From Seison nebaliae (Eukaryota), in NCBI GenBank assembly GCA_023231475.1, contig JALJEE010001331.1, positions 1 through 64,000 of the forward strand: a DNA stretch of 64,000 bases, written 5' to 3'. The notes beneath the pieces are model-generated. The model was not told where the DNA came from, made no database searches, and saw nothing but the letters and a program-made list of their open reading frames with translations. Below, piece by piece: positions 39,401 to 53,823 of the stretch (the stretch's first letter is position 1; each line of letters starts with the position of its first letter). A program made the translations under genes and the position numbers.

Positions 39401-40252
39401 CACCAAATAGAATTGAATTGACGAATTTTGTTGGATATAAGTCAATGCGTCACCACCAGACGCAAATTCGATAATTGAATATACGTTTGCCGAACCCATA
39501 AAACTATCGTAGAATTGAACGATGTTCTCATGTTTCAATTGTGGCCATAGAAGTAGTTCTCTAGGTAAGAATTTGCGACAGAAATCTTTCGGTGCTAATT
39601 TCAAATTAATCACTTTTACAGCACAAACTTGATTATTATATGGTAAGAGGAAAGTTAATCTTTCCTTCAACTTCTGAATAATTTCACATTTAACCGAATT
39701 CGTCTTAATTTGCCCTTTCTCTTCCTCCATGTCAATATCCAACAATTGAGTAACATGATCCGTATTATGTTTCAGGTAAGTTTCTGCACATTTCGCTTTA
39801 ATTTTCAACGTATCACACGCACGATATACTCGAGAATAAGAGCCTTGTCCTAACGCTTCTCGTAATTTAAGACATCTGGAATTCGTTTCTATATTATAAC
39901 CAATTAGCGTATCATCGTCGAAATTTAAATCTCTATCACTTATCGAACTTTGCAATTCATTATTCTCATCATTCTTAATCTCCGAATTCTCATTATTGTT
40001 AATCTTCATTTTATCTGTCTTTTTGATACTAGTGATACGTAAAGAAGAATCTTTCAAATGAGAAAGATTTGGACGAAAAATCGCACGCACAATTCTTCCA
40101 ATTGTTTGCACATTATCTTCATTATCATAAATTGATAAGGCTTCTCTCAGACGTTGTTGAAGATACTGTTCATCTGGAACGACGGCAATGTGTCCTGAAT
40201 CCCGATCAATAATCATTAATGGTCGTGCATTAACGGTGGAAGGTTCATTCAT
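36438..40252 (-). CDS. Testis-specific Ser/Thr kinase (TSSK) family protein of about 1250 aa, with large insertions and a Q/P/N-rich tail; 2 exons
   Basis: A 53-nt intron at 38799-38851 (GTTTC..TAG) joins the two track ORFs. TSSK motifs are LGQGSYS, APKDFCRKFLPRE, HRDLKCEN, DFGFA, LSRTFCGSKAYAAPEIL and YDPRKVDIW; a subdomain XI-like LLNSLLHYNWLTRP..WF lies in exon 2. Confidence 0.85.
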
Positions 40253-41076
40253 CTCTTTGCTTCTTCACAATAAAATTTTTCCACAATAATTATAATTTCC
40301 TATCAAATTATTTCTTCGTAAAATGGTTTTTTGATATGGAATGAATAGATATTTAAACGTACAATTTAACGATATTAAGGAATAAGATATTATTATATCT
40401 TATTCTTTTTTGACAATAGGGATGATTCAAACGCGCACAATTCATCCTCAACAGTCTCCAACGGTCAAACAAGAATCACATGTCATGACTAAATTTTAAA
40501 TTTCTTCTCGATTAAAGCTACGTGTTAATGAATCATCATTCTTACATTGTTAGTTAAATTTAAAAGTTATAAATATTAAATAGTCTTAAATAGAAAATAT
40601 TAATTTTTAGTTAGTCAATTCTAAAAGAAAGTTTGAAACATTTTTTCTTTATAGTGACTGTAAATAATTTATAATAAAAGGAGAAAATTAATTAAAGTAA
40701 CAGAAAATCAATAGAATTTACTAGATAATTAGAAATTATTTGGTGATTTATATTTAACTTTTCTTTCTTTTTGTGTGATGGGGATAAGAGAAAAGAATAA
40801 TAAAAAAAATTGAATATATGATTTGTTTGAACATAAATGTATTTAATAAAAAGCTCAAATTGATCCAAATTACATGTGTCTGCATGTACACGTATGTTTG
40901 TTTGTCTGTCTGTCTGTGTGTGTGTGTGGGTGGATGAAAACATGAGAATTATGAACATGGATATTTGGAGGACAATAAGAGGGAGATAGAATGAAACGAT
41001 AAGAATAAATTTTGGAAACTTTTCGATAAAAGCATCGTAGAAAATGATTTCTTGATAAAAAGAAAAATCTAAAAAT

Positions 41077-43063
41077 TTATTGATAATCAGAATCTGTACA
41101 TATAGGACGGGAGCGATATGCGTCAATCCAATCATCGATTAACGTTGAGACCACCGGAGTTTCCATAACTAAAAAGACGAATTAGATGATTTGAAAAAAT
41201 TTAGAGAAATATTCAAACTGACTGACGCCTTCGCTACCAGATGTCCATTGTTCGTTTCACCGATATCCATCCATTCGTCCAATAATTGTCTTTCATGTCC
41301 CATCTTGAACAATAAAGGAAGATTAATAAAGAAAGAGTAAATAGATGAACTTGTTCGGATGAAACAAAATGAACAGGAAGAAGATCTCCATTGAAATCTT
41401 CAATAGGAAGATAATATTTATTGAGAATGGTATTGGTCGAATTATTATTATGATCGCGACGATTAAATGAAACATTCGCATGTTGATTAATTGCACGATT
41501 ATTTTTCTGATCAACGGCTAACAATGCACAAAAATGATCTTTTACATATCCGAGAGCAATTGGCGATTTGAAACATTTCGTCGATTGTTTCCATAATAAC
41601 GGCAAATAAATTCCTTGAAATCGAACAAAGTCAATCGCCTCTCCATTCAGATTACATGCATGCTTCACACTATAAATGATGATCGGTCTCCTCAACACAT
41701 GAGCTAATACGAACACGTGTACTTGATCGAGTGCCGAACCATTTTCCCTGCCCATTCTCAACATAGCTTTCCATTCTTTATCCCAATTATCTTCGGATAA
41801 TTCATATTTCAAATTATTCGATGCCACTTCCACTTCATATTCATAGCAACGTTTCTTAAATTGAATTGATGAACGTTCCATTGAACGTGCCATTCCATTT
41901 CTGAGAATATTATCAGTGTCTAACACACCATAAAGTGCTTGGAGGACACTGTTCAAAAGACAATCGCCTGCACCCTTATTCCAAATGGCAAATAAACAAC
42001 TCGTATCTCTGACATCTTCACACCAATTAATGCAGAAACCTTTCTCCAACTCTTTCTGCATGAAACGATCAAAACTATCGTGATATAATTGTTCGATCGA
42101 TCGTTTTCTCAAACTGAAAATATTTGCGGGAAGAATAAATGTTGGCCATTCGTCCAACGTATAACAAATAAGTGACGATTCGGGAACTTTTATTAAAGAT
42201 AAAGAAACTGTCAAATGTTTCTGAATTAGAAATGCCGCTTCCACTGCATGTGAACATGGCGTCCGTCTCACATTTACATTATTCTTCATTTTATTATCTT
42301 TCATTGTGTTCAATCTATCTGAGGTATTAGCTGGATGTGGTTTATGTTGGAGGAACGATCTCGATTGTCCACATAATGTGCAACGACGACTGTTCTGATA
42401 ATTCTCATATGTACATGCATCACATTTCCACTTGTTTGATGGTATGACAACGGATTCCGATTGATCTGATGATGGAGAATTTCTTATTTTATTTTCATTC
42501 GATTCATCGTTTATAGTTATTTTTGGTGAATTGTTTCTATCTATTTTTTCTTCATTTGTCGTCGTTGTAATGGAAGTCTCTCTATTGTCATTGGATTTAA
42601 ATTCTAAATTTATCGGAGATTCCTGACCACACATACAACAATGTCTTGTCTTCAAATAATTGAGATATGTACATCTCTCACATTTCCATTTGTCAACGAT
42701 ATTCTTCTTATTCTCTTCATTCGAATTGATATTTGAATATTTATTTTGTTTATCATCCAACGTTGTTGTCGAAAGAGAAGATGATGGTGATCTTCTCATG
42801 ACTGATGATGTTGTGGAAGTGGTAAGAGAATTCTTATTATCATCATTTTCACATTGTTTCTCATTCGACTCCTTCAACTTCCTCCAACGTTTATTCATTG
42901 AATAATTATTAAAGTTGTTGTTTGTCGTTCTCTCATTAGAATTGTCCGATTCAGTTTTCGATGTAGTTGACGAATGTGGTTGACGACACATCGTACATTT
43001 CATTGTACGTCGATAATTCAGATAAGTGCAAGATGAACATTCCCATTTTTCTGAATCAGACAT
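41077..43063 (-). CDS. ZRANB1: TRABID OTU deubiquitinase with three NZF zinc fingers (3 exons)
   Basis: Three W.C..C.Y.N....C..C fingers; OTU motifs WNKGAGDCLLNSVLQA, HVFVLAHVLRRPIIIY, FQGIYLPLLW and KSPIALGY..HF. Introns 41304-41350 and 41169-41218 restore the C-terminus LLDEWMD..LVA..PVVSTLIDDWIDAYR. Confidence 0.93.
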
Positions 43064-43785
43064 CGATCCTAATCTTCTTCTCTTTGGGGACTTAATATTC
43101 GGTTCTAAATCAATTCTTAAACATCGAATAATTCAATTTCTCTATTTATTCAATCAATAGAATTCTGCTTTTTCATTTTATTAAGAATCAGAAAAGAAAA
43201 AAAATGATAATATTACAATTGCTTCTTTTATTATTTTTCTTATCTACCACATTCATTCGCTACCAAGAAATTAATCGATAAATTATCAGGAAATATTCCA
43301 CACATAAACATACATTCAAATACCTCTTTTCATTTTCTTCTTTCAAATTCTAAAAATGTAGTACGAAAGAATAGTTTGAAAATTTTTAGAATTTTCTTTA
43401 TTATTTTCGAAAAAAATATTTCATGTCGAAATATTTGAAACAATTCATTGGCATTAACCTCCTCCTTCGTCGGCGAGTACGTGAAGAGTTGAGCAATGAA
43501 GATAAGTTTAATGGGAACATTTCTTCTTCGAACATTCTCCAAACAAAGATAATTAATCAGACTCGTGTCTATCCTCCTGATGTGAGAGATGAAATAATAA
43601 TTTGTAAAATATTGAACATCTAATTTATGGGTAGTGGAAATATACATGAAATTATAAAGGTATTTATTTATTTGTAAATAAAATTACCATTATTTACTTT
43701 CACTGACATAAGAGGTAGAAATCATGATTTATGTTAATTCAAAAATTAAGCTTAAATAAACCTATCTATTTGTTGTTTTTTCAAG

Positions 43786-46700
43786 ATGTTTTTCAAATTT
43801 TGGATACTTTATGTTAAAAATTTTTTCATTATTTTTTTCATTATTATAATAAAATTATTTTTAGATTTTATTCCATTCAATTCGTGGAAATGCTGAGAAG
43901 AACCATACTCTGAAAATTATTCAATTGGATTCTGAATTGAATCATCGATGGAATTTAAACCTTAATTCGTCAATTATCTACTTCATCAATTACAATTATA
44001 CTGTAAAAATGAATAATGTTTCTACTAAAATTTATTGAAAATTAAACTCATCTATTATTACTTCATTAGATTATTCAAGCAAGCACCAGATTATTGACGG
44101 ACAACATTCCATTTCCCGTTTTTTTTACAGCGATGCAAGATGAGAATATTGTTAATTGGAAATTACCATATAATAAATCAATGGCAGTACATCGATCACT
44201 TAATCGAACTATTTGTTTTACGAAAGAGAAGGGAACACATCATTCGATTCATATCGAAATATCAACATCGTCACCGGGAAATGTGACGATTGAATTGAAT
44301 ACAACATATTGGAATTATCATTATAAGTTCCATTCGATTATTTCTCCTTTTATTGATTAAGTTTGAAGTCTTGGAGAATCCATGGAATTTGAAGCGTCAA
44401 CTGCTGATGATCGTTTTTATTTGATTGTCGATTCGAAAATTCCGATGAATTTAAGTGATCGATTCATGCTCGATTTCACTTCTCCAACTTCCAGTTGTTC
44501 AACCATCTATCTATTCTCTTCAAAAGTTCATTACATTAAATATTCAACTAATTTTATTAATTCTCAACTAATCATAGACTCATTGTCCGACATTAATTGG
44601 CGATACGAATCATCTATTATTTATTGATAAACTCTCCATGACGAAAGTGGCAACGATCAACTTAAAACATACAGCCATTCGAAATGCATATTATTTCTTT
44701 AAAGTATCTGTGGAGAATACGGGAAAACCATGTAAAGTATTAACCGACATTTACAGTTGATATTATTTAAATTATCATAATAATTTCTATTTTCCTTGTT
44801 AGGTGGAAGATCAAGAGGAGAAATTAAGAAATCCATCACCGTTCAGACACACAGTGGTGAATCAGGTCAAATTGAATTTTTTCATTCTTTTATCAACTTA
44901 AATTTGTTAATTTACTTAATTATTACTTTATAGAGGGGGTAATTTTACTATCGATCTTGCTACCATTGTGTCTTATATTTATCTTGTATATTTCTCAAAT
45001 CTTAATAGTCTTATCTCCAGCTATGAAACATAAGTTTAGTATGAAGCATTTACAATTTTCAACATGTTCTTTAATCAGATTATTTCCTTATTCTGTAGAT
45101 GTTGATAATTTAGTCCTTGAAGAAGAGAATAAAACAGTTGATGAAAATGGATATACTCATCTCATAGGTTAATATTATTTAAATTTAAATATCTCTCTAA
45201 TTTAAATAGATAATGATAATGTATCTTATGAACGAGATAATAATAATTCTGAAGAAGATGATAAATTGTTACAACTATCTCCGGAACATTCCAATATATT
45301 GAATTTGTCGGAAGATGAGAATCTACTGGATTTACCAATAAATGAGGCGACGAATGAGAAAAAATTATTATTGAACATTCCAAAAGAAGATGAAAATGAA
45401 GGAGATCATTTATTAATCAATGCAATTCAACCATACAATACATCTAATGTAAATGACAATCAATTATTCCTTCCCGACAATGCAAGTATCAACAGTGACA
45501 TCTTATCCCATAGTCATCATTATTTATCTGGAATCGAAATTGAAAATGTGAAAGCTGATCAAATTTCTTATCCGAAACTTTTATTCTCCATTTCAATCTT
45601 CTACTCTTTACCGAGTTTGCAATTGGTGTTGAATTATGAATGGTTCCGCAATTCCAATGGTAATAACGACGCATGTTATTATAATTTTCGATGTCTCCTT
45701 CCCGCTGGTCAAATAACATCGTTCAATCGTCTCTACAGTAATATCGGATATATTTTACTGGGAATCTTATTCTTTCTCATTGTTCATATGAGAGAAAGGA
45801 TTAAACAAAATTCTCCATATTCATTTAACGAATCTCGAACTGGAACGTTACAACAACGAGGTATGTTCTATGCAATGGCGATCTCTTTGATTGCTCAAGG
45901 ATTTCTCTCAGCCTTCTATCATATTTGTCCCAATTATGATAACTTCCAATTCGATACAAGTTTCATGTATACTATGGCTGTGCTCATCATTCTCCAACTA
46001 TTTCAAAATCGTCATCCAAAAATGAGATTAACAAGCAATTCACTCGTTTTACTCGTTGCTACAATCATTGGAATTGTTGTTTGTGGTGTAGTTTAGTCTT
46101 CTTTTTTACAATATTGTAATATTCCATTGTAAATTGTTTAGTTTTTCAATAGTTACTTAATCTTTTGGATAGTCTATGGTATCTCACACAATATCATCAG
46201 TTCGGTCGTTTGTGCCTTATTATGGAATGGTGGCAATCTGAACTTCAATTGTATTGATGGTTCAAATTTCTAAAAAAATATTTCCTCTTATTTTATTTCT
46301 TATTCTTCTTATGGTCGTTGATTTAGTAAACAAAATTAATATTATCAAAACGAAATTGGAAAGAAGAGTTTTATGTTTCTTAATTTTTATCGTAAATTTC
46401 GTGATGTTACTTCTTTTCTTCGAAAAAAAATTTTGATTAATGTATTTCCTTTGCAGAAGTATGGTTGGGTACCAGGTGAAACCTCCATTCTCAACATTAA
46501 TGGTCTCAATCATGATGACGAATGTTCTCCTGTACTTCCTCTATTATCTTATAATGAAAGTTCTTCTAATTAGATTACTGTAGAGATATGATTCTAACAA
46601 AAATTTCTATTTTGAAAGAGAGTCATTTGTAAAGAGAAAGTGAGATTATTGCCAGCCTTATGTTTGCTACTTTCGGTCATTATTTGGTTTGTTGCATCGT

Positions 46701-47043
46701 ATTACTATTTTGATCAATCAACATCTTGGGAAGTTTCGATTTTCACTAAATGGAATTATAGTTATGAAACGGTATCTCTTGTAATTATTTTAGGAGAGTC
46801 CCGCTATTTCAAGGGAACGCAACCGTTTTTGTATATCTCACACGATTTTCGATGCCCATGATATCTGGCATTTCCTATCAGCATTGGCGATGTTTTTATT
46901 ATTCATGGTTAACTGAAAGAATTCTTTTTTTAGAAAATCTAATTTAACATTTCGTTTCTTCCTCTCATCAAAAATAACAGTGTCTATTAACGATCGACGA
47001 TGATCTACTCAACGTACCTAAAACGAGAATTCGTGTGTTCTAA
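43786..47043 (+). CDS. SID-1 transmembrane family (SIDT/CHUP-1-like) protein, about 15 exons
   Basis: Motifs [90 protein letters not shown] and LTIDDDL..RIRVF*. The start codon and 5' exons are less certain. Confidence 0.9.
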
Positions 47044-50000
47044 ACAAATGATTCTGTTCAATTTGCGTCTTTCGTTATGCTTTGTACAGCAGATTGCACA
47101 TTATTCTATTATTAACAATCCTTTTTTTTTTCATAAATAATTATATTCATAAAATTTAATCAATTTCCATGAATATGACAACATCGAAATACATTTATTT
47201 GAATTAATTTTGCATTTACAATAAATATTAAATTTCAGACATTTCTAATAATTATCGTAAGTGTCCATCTGACATTGAGGTTATCGCAAGCAGTTGTTCT
47301 TCCACTAAAAATGTTTTTCTTTTAAATTTTCATTAATGTTGATGGGAAGGACGAAGAAGTCCTTGATAATTGCTTTAGATAAGATCTTCTCCTTTCGACA
47401 AATATATTTCTCTCAATCTTTCATTTATTCTTATTTGTGCAAAACAAATTTTTGCTTCTACCATCAGCTGTCGAGAATGATGGAAATGATAATCTCCATT
47501 TATTATGTGGAATGGGAACAATTGATTCACAGTAATCTCCAATTGATATAGATTGGAAATGAGAGAGATCATTAGACTTTCAACTATTCGACGAGAGCAG
47601 AGGAGAATGAGAAAATAAAAATAATCAGTCTTCACAAATGGATGGAAGTATGATGGAGTAATAAAATTTTCTTTCAACATTAATAAACACCAACAATATG
47701 AATAATAGTGGATTTTCCTTTTTTCAGTAGTAAATTTTTTGATAGAACAATTAGAAAGAATATGATGAAATAATTAACAAATATTATACAGTGCATTCTA
47801 GTGTGTGATGGGATGAGAGATAATTGGAAAATAGTAGAGAAATTGAAATAAATCGTGACGAATTGAACCATAAGTAACAGATGTTATTCAAATCGTCCGC
47901 AAACGATTATTTCCTTAATCGATTGCAGACGTTCTTACTATGCGTTCTGCCCATCCAGAATTAGTTTAATGCATTTATAAATCTCTTCTCAACATTATCA
48001 TTTGCCATATGTATATCTGCTGTTGCATTCCGTTTATGGACGAGTTCTTTTGAGATATAAATTTGCTCACAATTCAGGTAATATGATCAATTTCTTCTTA
48101 TATAACGACTATCGAACGAGGAAATAAGATACAATTTGGAGCATAAATGGAAATATGGAAACAACTTCTTTTGTTTATGAAAGTAAATGGCCATTCTGTC
48201 CTATCTGCCTTCAAGTTAAAGGAAATAACAATCTTTATAATAGTGAATTTGAAATGAAACATTTTCCAACTATCGTTTCTCCTCTACGTAACATTTTCTA
48301 TTATCATCATATGGTTCCTGATGGAAACGCATTCCGAATGAACTGCGGTTAAACATCATTCTTTCCAGAACTCCATTTCCTCATCTCCGTGAAGTAATAC
48401 AACAGTTGTATTATGAATACACCTTGGAAGTAATTTTTGAAGAATGAAGGTCATTTATTAAAATCAATAATCATTCACTTCCTGAATAATTTGATAAGAT
48501 GAAAAATGATAAAATTCTTTCTCAATATCAAAATTGACTCTTCTAGAGAATCTTTGTTCAACAAATCATTTTAGCAGACTATGGAAAATTTATTTATGTT
48601 AGATTTTTTCTGCCTGGAGCGTCGAATGTATTTATCAGATGTCGATGATGAGTTCGAATATTCATTCCGAATTAAATAACTCTGAGATTAGAATAATAAC
48701 TTTTTCATTCTAATAATAATTTTCATATATAACTTACTATGAATGCCATCTTTTCGTTGTCTCTTTCTTTCTTTTACTATTAGGAATGGATCGACGAACA
48801 CAGTATTGTAAACTCTAATTATTCTTATTATTATTATTATTATCTCTTAAATTTTAATCTAGTTAATTTCTCGTTAATTCTCGAAGAATAATCTCTTCCC
48901 ACAATTAATTCATTCTCATATAACTTTAAAAACTCAATTTTTTTCTTTTTAGATTTATACAATATTTCTTAATTTCATTTATTTTTCTTACTTCTCCCAC
49001 ATGTGAGCGAGAAGTATCTATATATATTTACATTTATCTTACGTTTAATTCAACACATCAAACAACGGCTATTGTACATAATTGTGTCTCAATAAAACAA
49101 TTAAAATTAAAAAATTATTCGATTAATAATCTTATCAATGAAATTTAAGATATGTTAGTATCAATTTCTCACCAAGTTATTTATTGAAATTAAATGTGTT
49201 GGCTAATTCTCATCAAGTCAATTAGCCCTCTCATCCGTTTCTTTCATTCATTCATTACCAAAAAATATATAAGATCACATAAAAAAATTTTCATTGTTAT
49301 TTATTATGCGATTTTCTTACTACTAATAAATTGACGAAACTGTTTGATATTTTTGTTTCTAGTTGTATGATCACCATACTATGGTGATCTCTGTTCATCC
49401 AGTTGGGAAAAGGAATAGCTAAATAAATTTTATGAAATAGAATAATTTTTCAAATTTTTGAGAGTATTTAGTTAGTGTCAACAATTGACATAATTGTTAG
49501 GAAATGTCACAATAAGATAAGTCGTTTGATCTAATAAAAATGGATCATCATATTTATTATTTTCTTATTATTATTCTTCTTCTTACTAGAAGTTTAGATA
49601 GAAAATAGGAAGAAACTTGAAAACATTCGATTTTGAAGAAATAGTCTAAATTATTTTTATTTGAATGCGATTCACATTCAAATTGCATGAGATGAATATT
49701 TGGATATCGAATGATCTTTGATTTCGTAAGGATTCATTTCTCTTCTTATCTTGATTTTATTTTTTCGTAGAATTTTTCTTATTTGTTTCAAATAAAAATT
49801 GATTTTCTTTATTAATGAGCTTTATTTTTTTCCGACATTTAACCTGTTCCTACTACGAAGAAAAACAAAGTAAAAAATGAACAGATAATTTGTATGTAAC
49901 AAATTGTTATTTAGAAGAATTGGATCTTCTAGTGTAAGATTTCTATGGGGGGAAGAAATTGACTGTTGACAAATGATTAATGTTTAAATGAATAATTCGT

Positions 50001-53000
50001 AAGAGTCATGTTAAATGATTGCACTTGGTGATGGTAAAGTTTCAAACGGTTACTGAAAAACGGAAGGCGAGGCTAAAGAGCAATATGATCAGTTCAAAAT
50101 AACAGAATCATTGCATGTTTACTACATCAATTGACGAATTACAAGAATTTGTTCAATTGATGTCTTATTATGAACGTTGTACATCATGAGCAACAGTCAT
50201 CGTATTTATTCTTTAAATAATTTCATTAATAATCATTATTTCTTCTTTAAGAATTTCCCTTTAAACGAACATTATCTAGGAAATATTCTCATCATAAACC
50301 ACTTTTTTATTTGTTGATGTTTTAATATTCATCATCCCTCTTCTTCTTATCAGACGAAGTTCCATGTACATATCCACACATAATTCCCACCAGTTGCAAC
50401 ATGGTCATCGTTCTTCAGATAATGTTTTCAACCAAAAAGTAAAAGAAGATAAATATGAGAGAAGAAGGAAAGAAAAGAAAGTACAGTTCTCACCAAAAAC
50501 TATTATTTAGATTTATTACATGTGAATGATTGCGAGTTGTGTATTGTTGTACTAAAGCGCCTAGTGCACAACGAGGCGCAATGATTGAAGTATGTTGAGG
50601 AAGAATCGTTTTCATGTCTAAATATCCTTCCTTCACTTAAGACTTTTCTTCTTTAATTGATAAGTTCTAAACAATCATATTCTTCTGCTTTCCTACTTTT
50701 GGCATTTTTGATATACTCAAGTCATCTAATTTTAATCATTGGGAACATACATTCACATTCATCGATAGTAATATAACGATCTTGTTTTCATATTGATCAA
50801 CCAAAGAATAAGATTGGTGGAATTTTAGTTTATCTCGTACGGTCATATATATTCAAGCAATAGTGCTTGACCGAAGAATTATCAAATTTTCGAATAATTA
50901 TTTAGTGACTAATGAAATAGATACACCTTGAAACGTTCCACAAGAGGGTGGTAATTTCTTACGCTGAATGAAAACAAAAAAAATATTAACGTAACACCGT
51001 AAAAGAATAGATTCCATCTGTAAATGCATCCAATGTTATAGAATTAGTTGAAATATGTAAAAAATATTCAAATCTGTTGTGACAACAACATGATTGAAAA
51101 TGTTGTAAAATTCGTTATTTTCAGATGCTCGGGAGGATTTTATTTATTAGTAACCGATGGGTTTTTCTAAGATTTTCTAGTTCAACAAATCAGTTCAATT
51201 TAATAAAATCATCAATTAAAAATTCTATGAAACATTTTCGAAGTCCCATTTTAATATTTATTTGCATGATTTTCAATTGCTTCTTTTATCTAATCATTTT
51301 TTACATTCGTTTTATTACTTTCGTTCAATGATAATAATGTTTTTTGTTTTATAGCAGAGAAGAAAATATTGCGTCTCTTGGAATTAAATTCAATTGACGT
51401 GAACAATAATTCTTCAACGGAAATGATGGCACGGTAACTCTTGGAAATAAATCAGAAAATTTATTTAATTCACTACATAGGAGTTCTCTCAAATTTCCTT
51501 TGGGCTCAACTCCTATATCAACATCAAAACATTTTATAACAGATTTCAAAATAACTTTTTGTCCAATTGATTTGATATATAACAATTTCACATTTATTTC
51601 AATCCGAATCAATTTCATCTAAATTCATACGATATATTATCAATAATTTGTTCAATTCAAGAAGGTTAATATGAATTTATTAAACTCCTAAACTTTAGAA
51701 GTACAACTTAATGCAAAATAGAATTGAGCGCTAAAATTAGTAACTTATAATTTGTTCCAGGACGGAATGATTGATTTTTATTTCGAACAATTATGTAAAT
51801 AACATATCCATAAAATGGAACATCAATGAAAAGATCGATGTAAGATCAGTAAATATTTATTCCGTATGCACATCAACGTCTTACATGTTTTCTTCAGTTT
51901 AACTCTCCATTCGCTGAAGTCGCTAGGTGACGAATGCGATTTGGATTCCTGTTGAGTAGTGACCTGAATATCTAATGATGATTGGCGTTGCATCAACAAC
52001 AAACTAATCAAATACAGTTGGCAGCTGTGCAGATATTTAGTGAGAAACGATATTTTTTTCATATCTTCTAGGAGCATTATATATTTTTGCTCCAATACTT
52101 TCATCTCGTGTATGTGTGTGAGAGAGAGTGAATGCGTATGAATGATAATGAAAGAATTCCATATCGTAATTTATTTATATTTTCGATTCGATTATATTAG
52201 AACTTTGTTATATTAGTTATCCATTCTTCTTTCGAAATCTTCCGAATCTATTAAATATATATTAGTAATTAGTGACTAGATATTATTATGGAGATTATTT
52301 GGAAAATCTTATTACAAATTTCCCAATTTACAACATTCGGCTATGATAAATATCTTTATAAATTGTAACGTATAAATTTTAGGGCGTAAAATGATTAAAT
52401 TGATTATTACCACCGAACTTCAATTAAAACGAAGAAAGTTTACAGAAAACTCCTAAAACTCTAAACCATATTTCATTAGGAAAGTTACGTTATATCTACT
52501 CATATCATACGGGAAAATGATAGAGGTAATGAAACGAGCACTTACCTATCGCCGCGTAATAATTATGAATTTGGTGAATATCTTCCGCTTCATTCTTTAG
52601 TGCACATCTGATTGTGGCACAATGCGTCGAATAACCTCTTCCCTTATTTAAAGTTTTGACAGCTTTTTTTAAAAAAAAACAACTTTTTTGGTCATTAGCA
52701 CCATATCATCATTAAATGTTTCCACTTTTCATCATTCTTTCCGTTTTAACGCTTCTTCGTTTATTACTTTTCCTCAAACACTTATCTTTCGGTTATGTTC
52801 TCTAGCTTGTATCATTCTCAAATTCATTTACAAAAAATTTACCCATTTCTTAACATTCCTTTCTAAACCCCTCATTTAATAAGAATAATAATGATAGTCG
52901 TTCATTACAGTGTGGAAATATACTGTAGATCTAAATTTTTCTTCCAGAAATATTAGTCAATATTTCATGTTACGCATCCTTTTCCTTCAGATAGCAAAAA

Positions 53001-53823
53001 AACCTCATCAACCTCATCTATACGAAGTATTATTTGCATATATGTAATAGTTAATAGATGCATGCAAAATATATATAATTTATGCATGACTCATATAATT
53101 TGTATATGTATTGCCAACAGATACAAATTAATCGGGTAACTAGTTCGGTTTTTTTTATTTTCATAATTTTCCTATTCACATTCAATTAGTCATTTCCAAT
53201 TTTTCATGGACATATTAGACAGATTAATCAGTAATCAACAAAAATATTGGTTCGAGGTTTTTTTGTTACTTACATGGAAATTTGTTCGACTAACTAATTG
53301 TAATAACACTAATAAGTTGAGTAGATTCAAAGAAATTCTCTTCCCATTTTCAAGTCGTAATTCGTTTATTAGTCTTTCTACGGAATTCTTTCAGTTATTA
53401 TTCCGTAATACAATAGTGTACATGATGTGCCCTTAATTTATATGGATTCCTTCCGATGATAAGGTTAATCATTTGGATGAAGAATTTAGAAATTCATTTA
53501 AATAGTATCATAATTGTGTGATGTTTATTATGATATCATTGGAAGAATAATTTTCTCTTATGATCTAGTAAATTATATTAAAGGTTTTCTTCTCCAAAGC
53601 GTTTATGTTGTGTCAGTGAAAGAATGAGCAATATTTCTTTAAGACATATTCGAAAGAATGGGGTAATAACAATTTAATGATTTTCTTGTTCGGAATGTAG
53701 ATTTGTATAAAATCGTCGTTGAATGGAAATTGATCAATAGTTGATTGATTAGGTCTCTCAAAAGAACTTAAGAAATAATGGTAATTTGATGAAAGCAAAT
53801 AAGTGTGCTGAAGAATATCTTCC

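Noticed and set aside
15085..47043. Stop-codon reassignment or pseudogenisation as the cause of fragmented ORFs
   Set aside because: The breaks resolve as short GT..AG introns restoring conserved motifs. Multi-kb exons have no internal stops, and TAA, TAG and TGA all terminate genes.
47300..48830. Exon-like fragments on both strands downstream of the SIDT gene
   Set aside because: Every splice combination I tried hit stop codons, and I recognised no homology.
51600..52104. Minus-strand ORF containing VKLKKT (WH2/thymosin-like) followed by a GTAAGA site
   Set aside because: The motif is too short and I could not join a convincing downstream exon.
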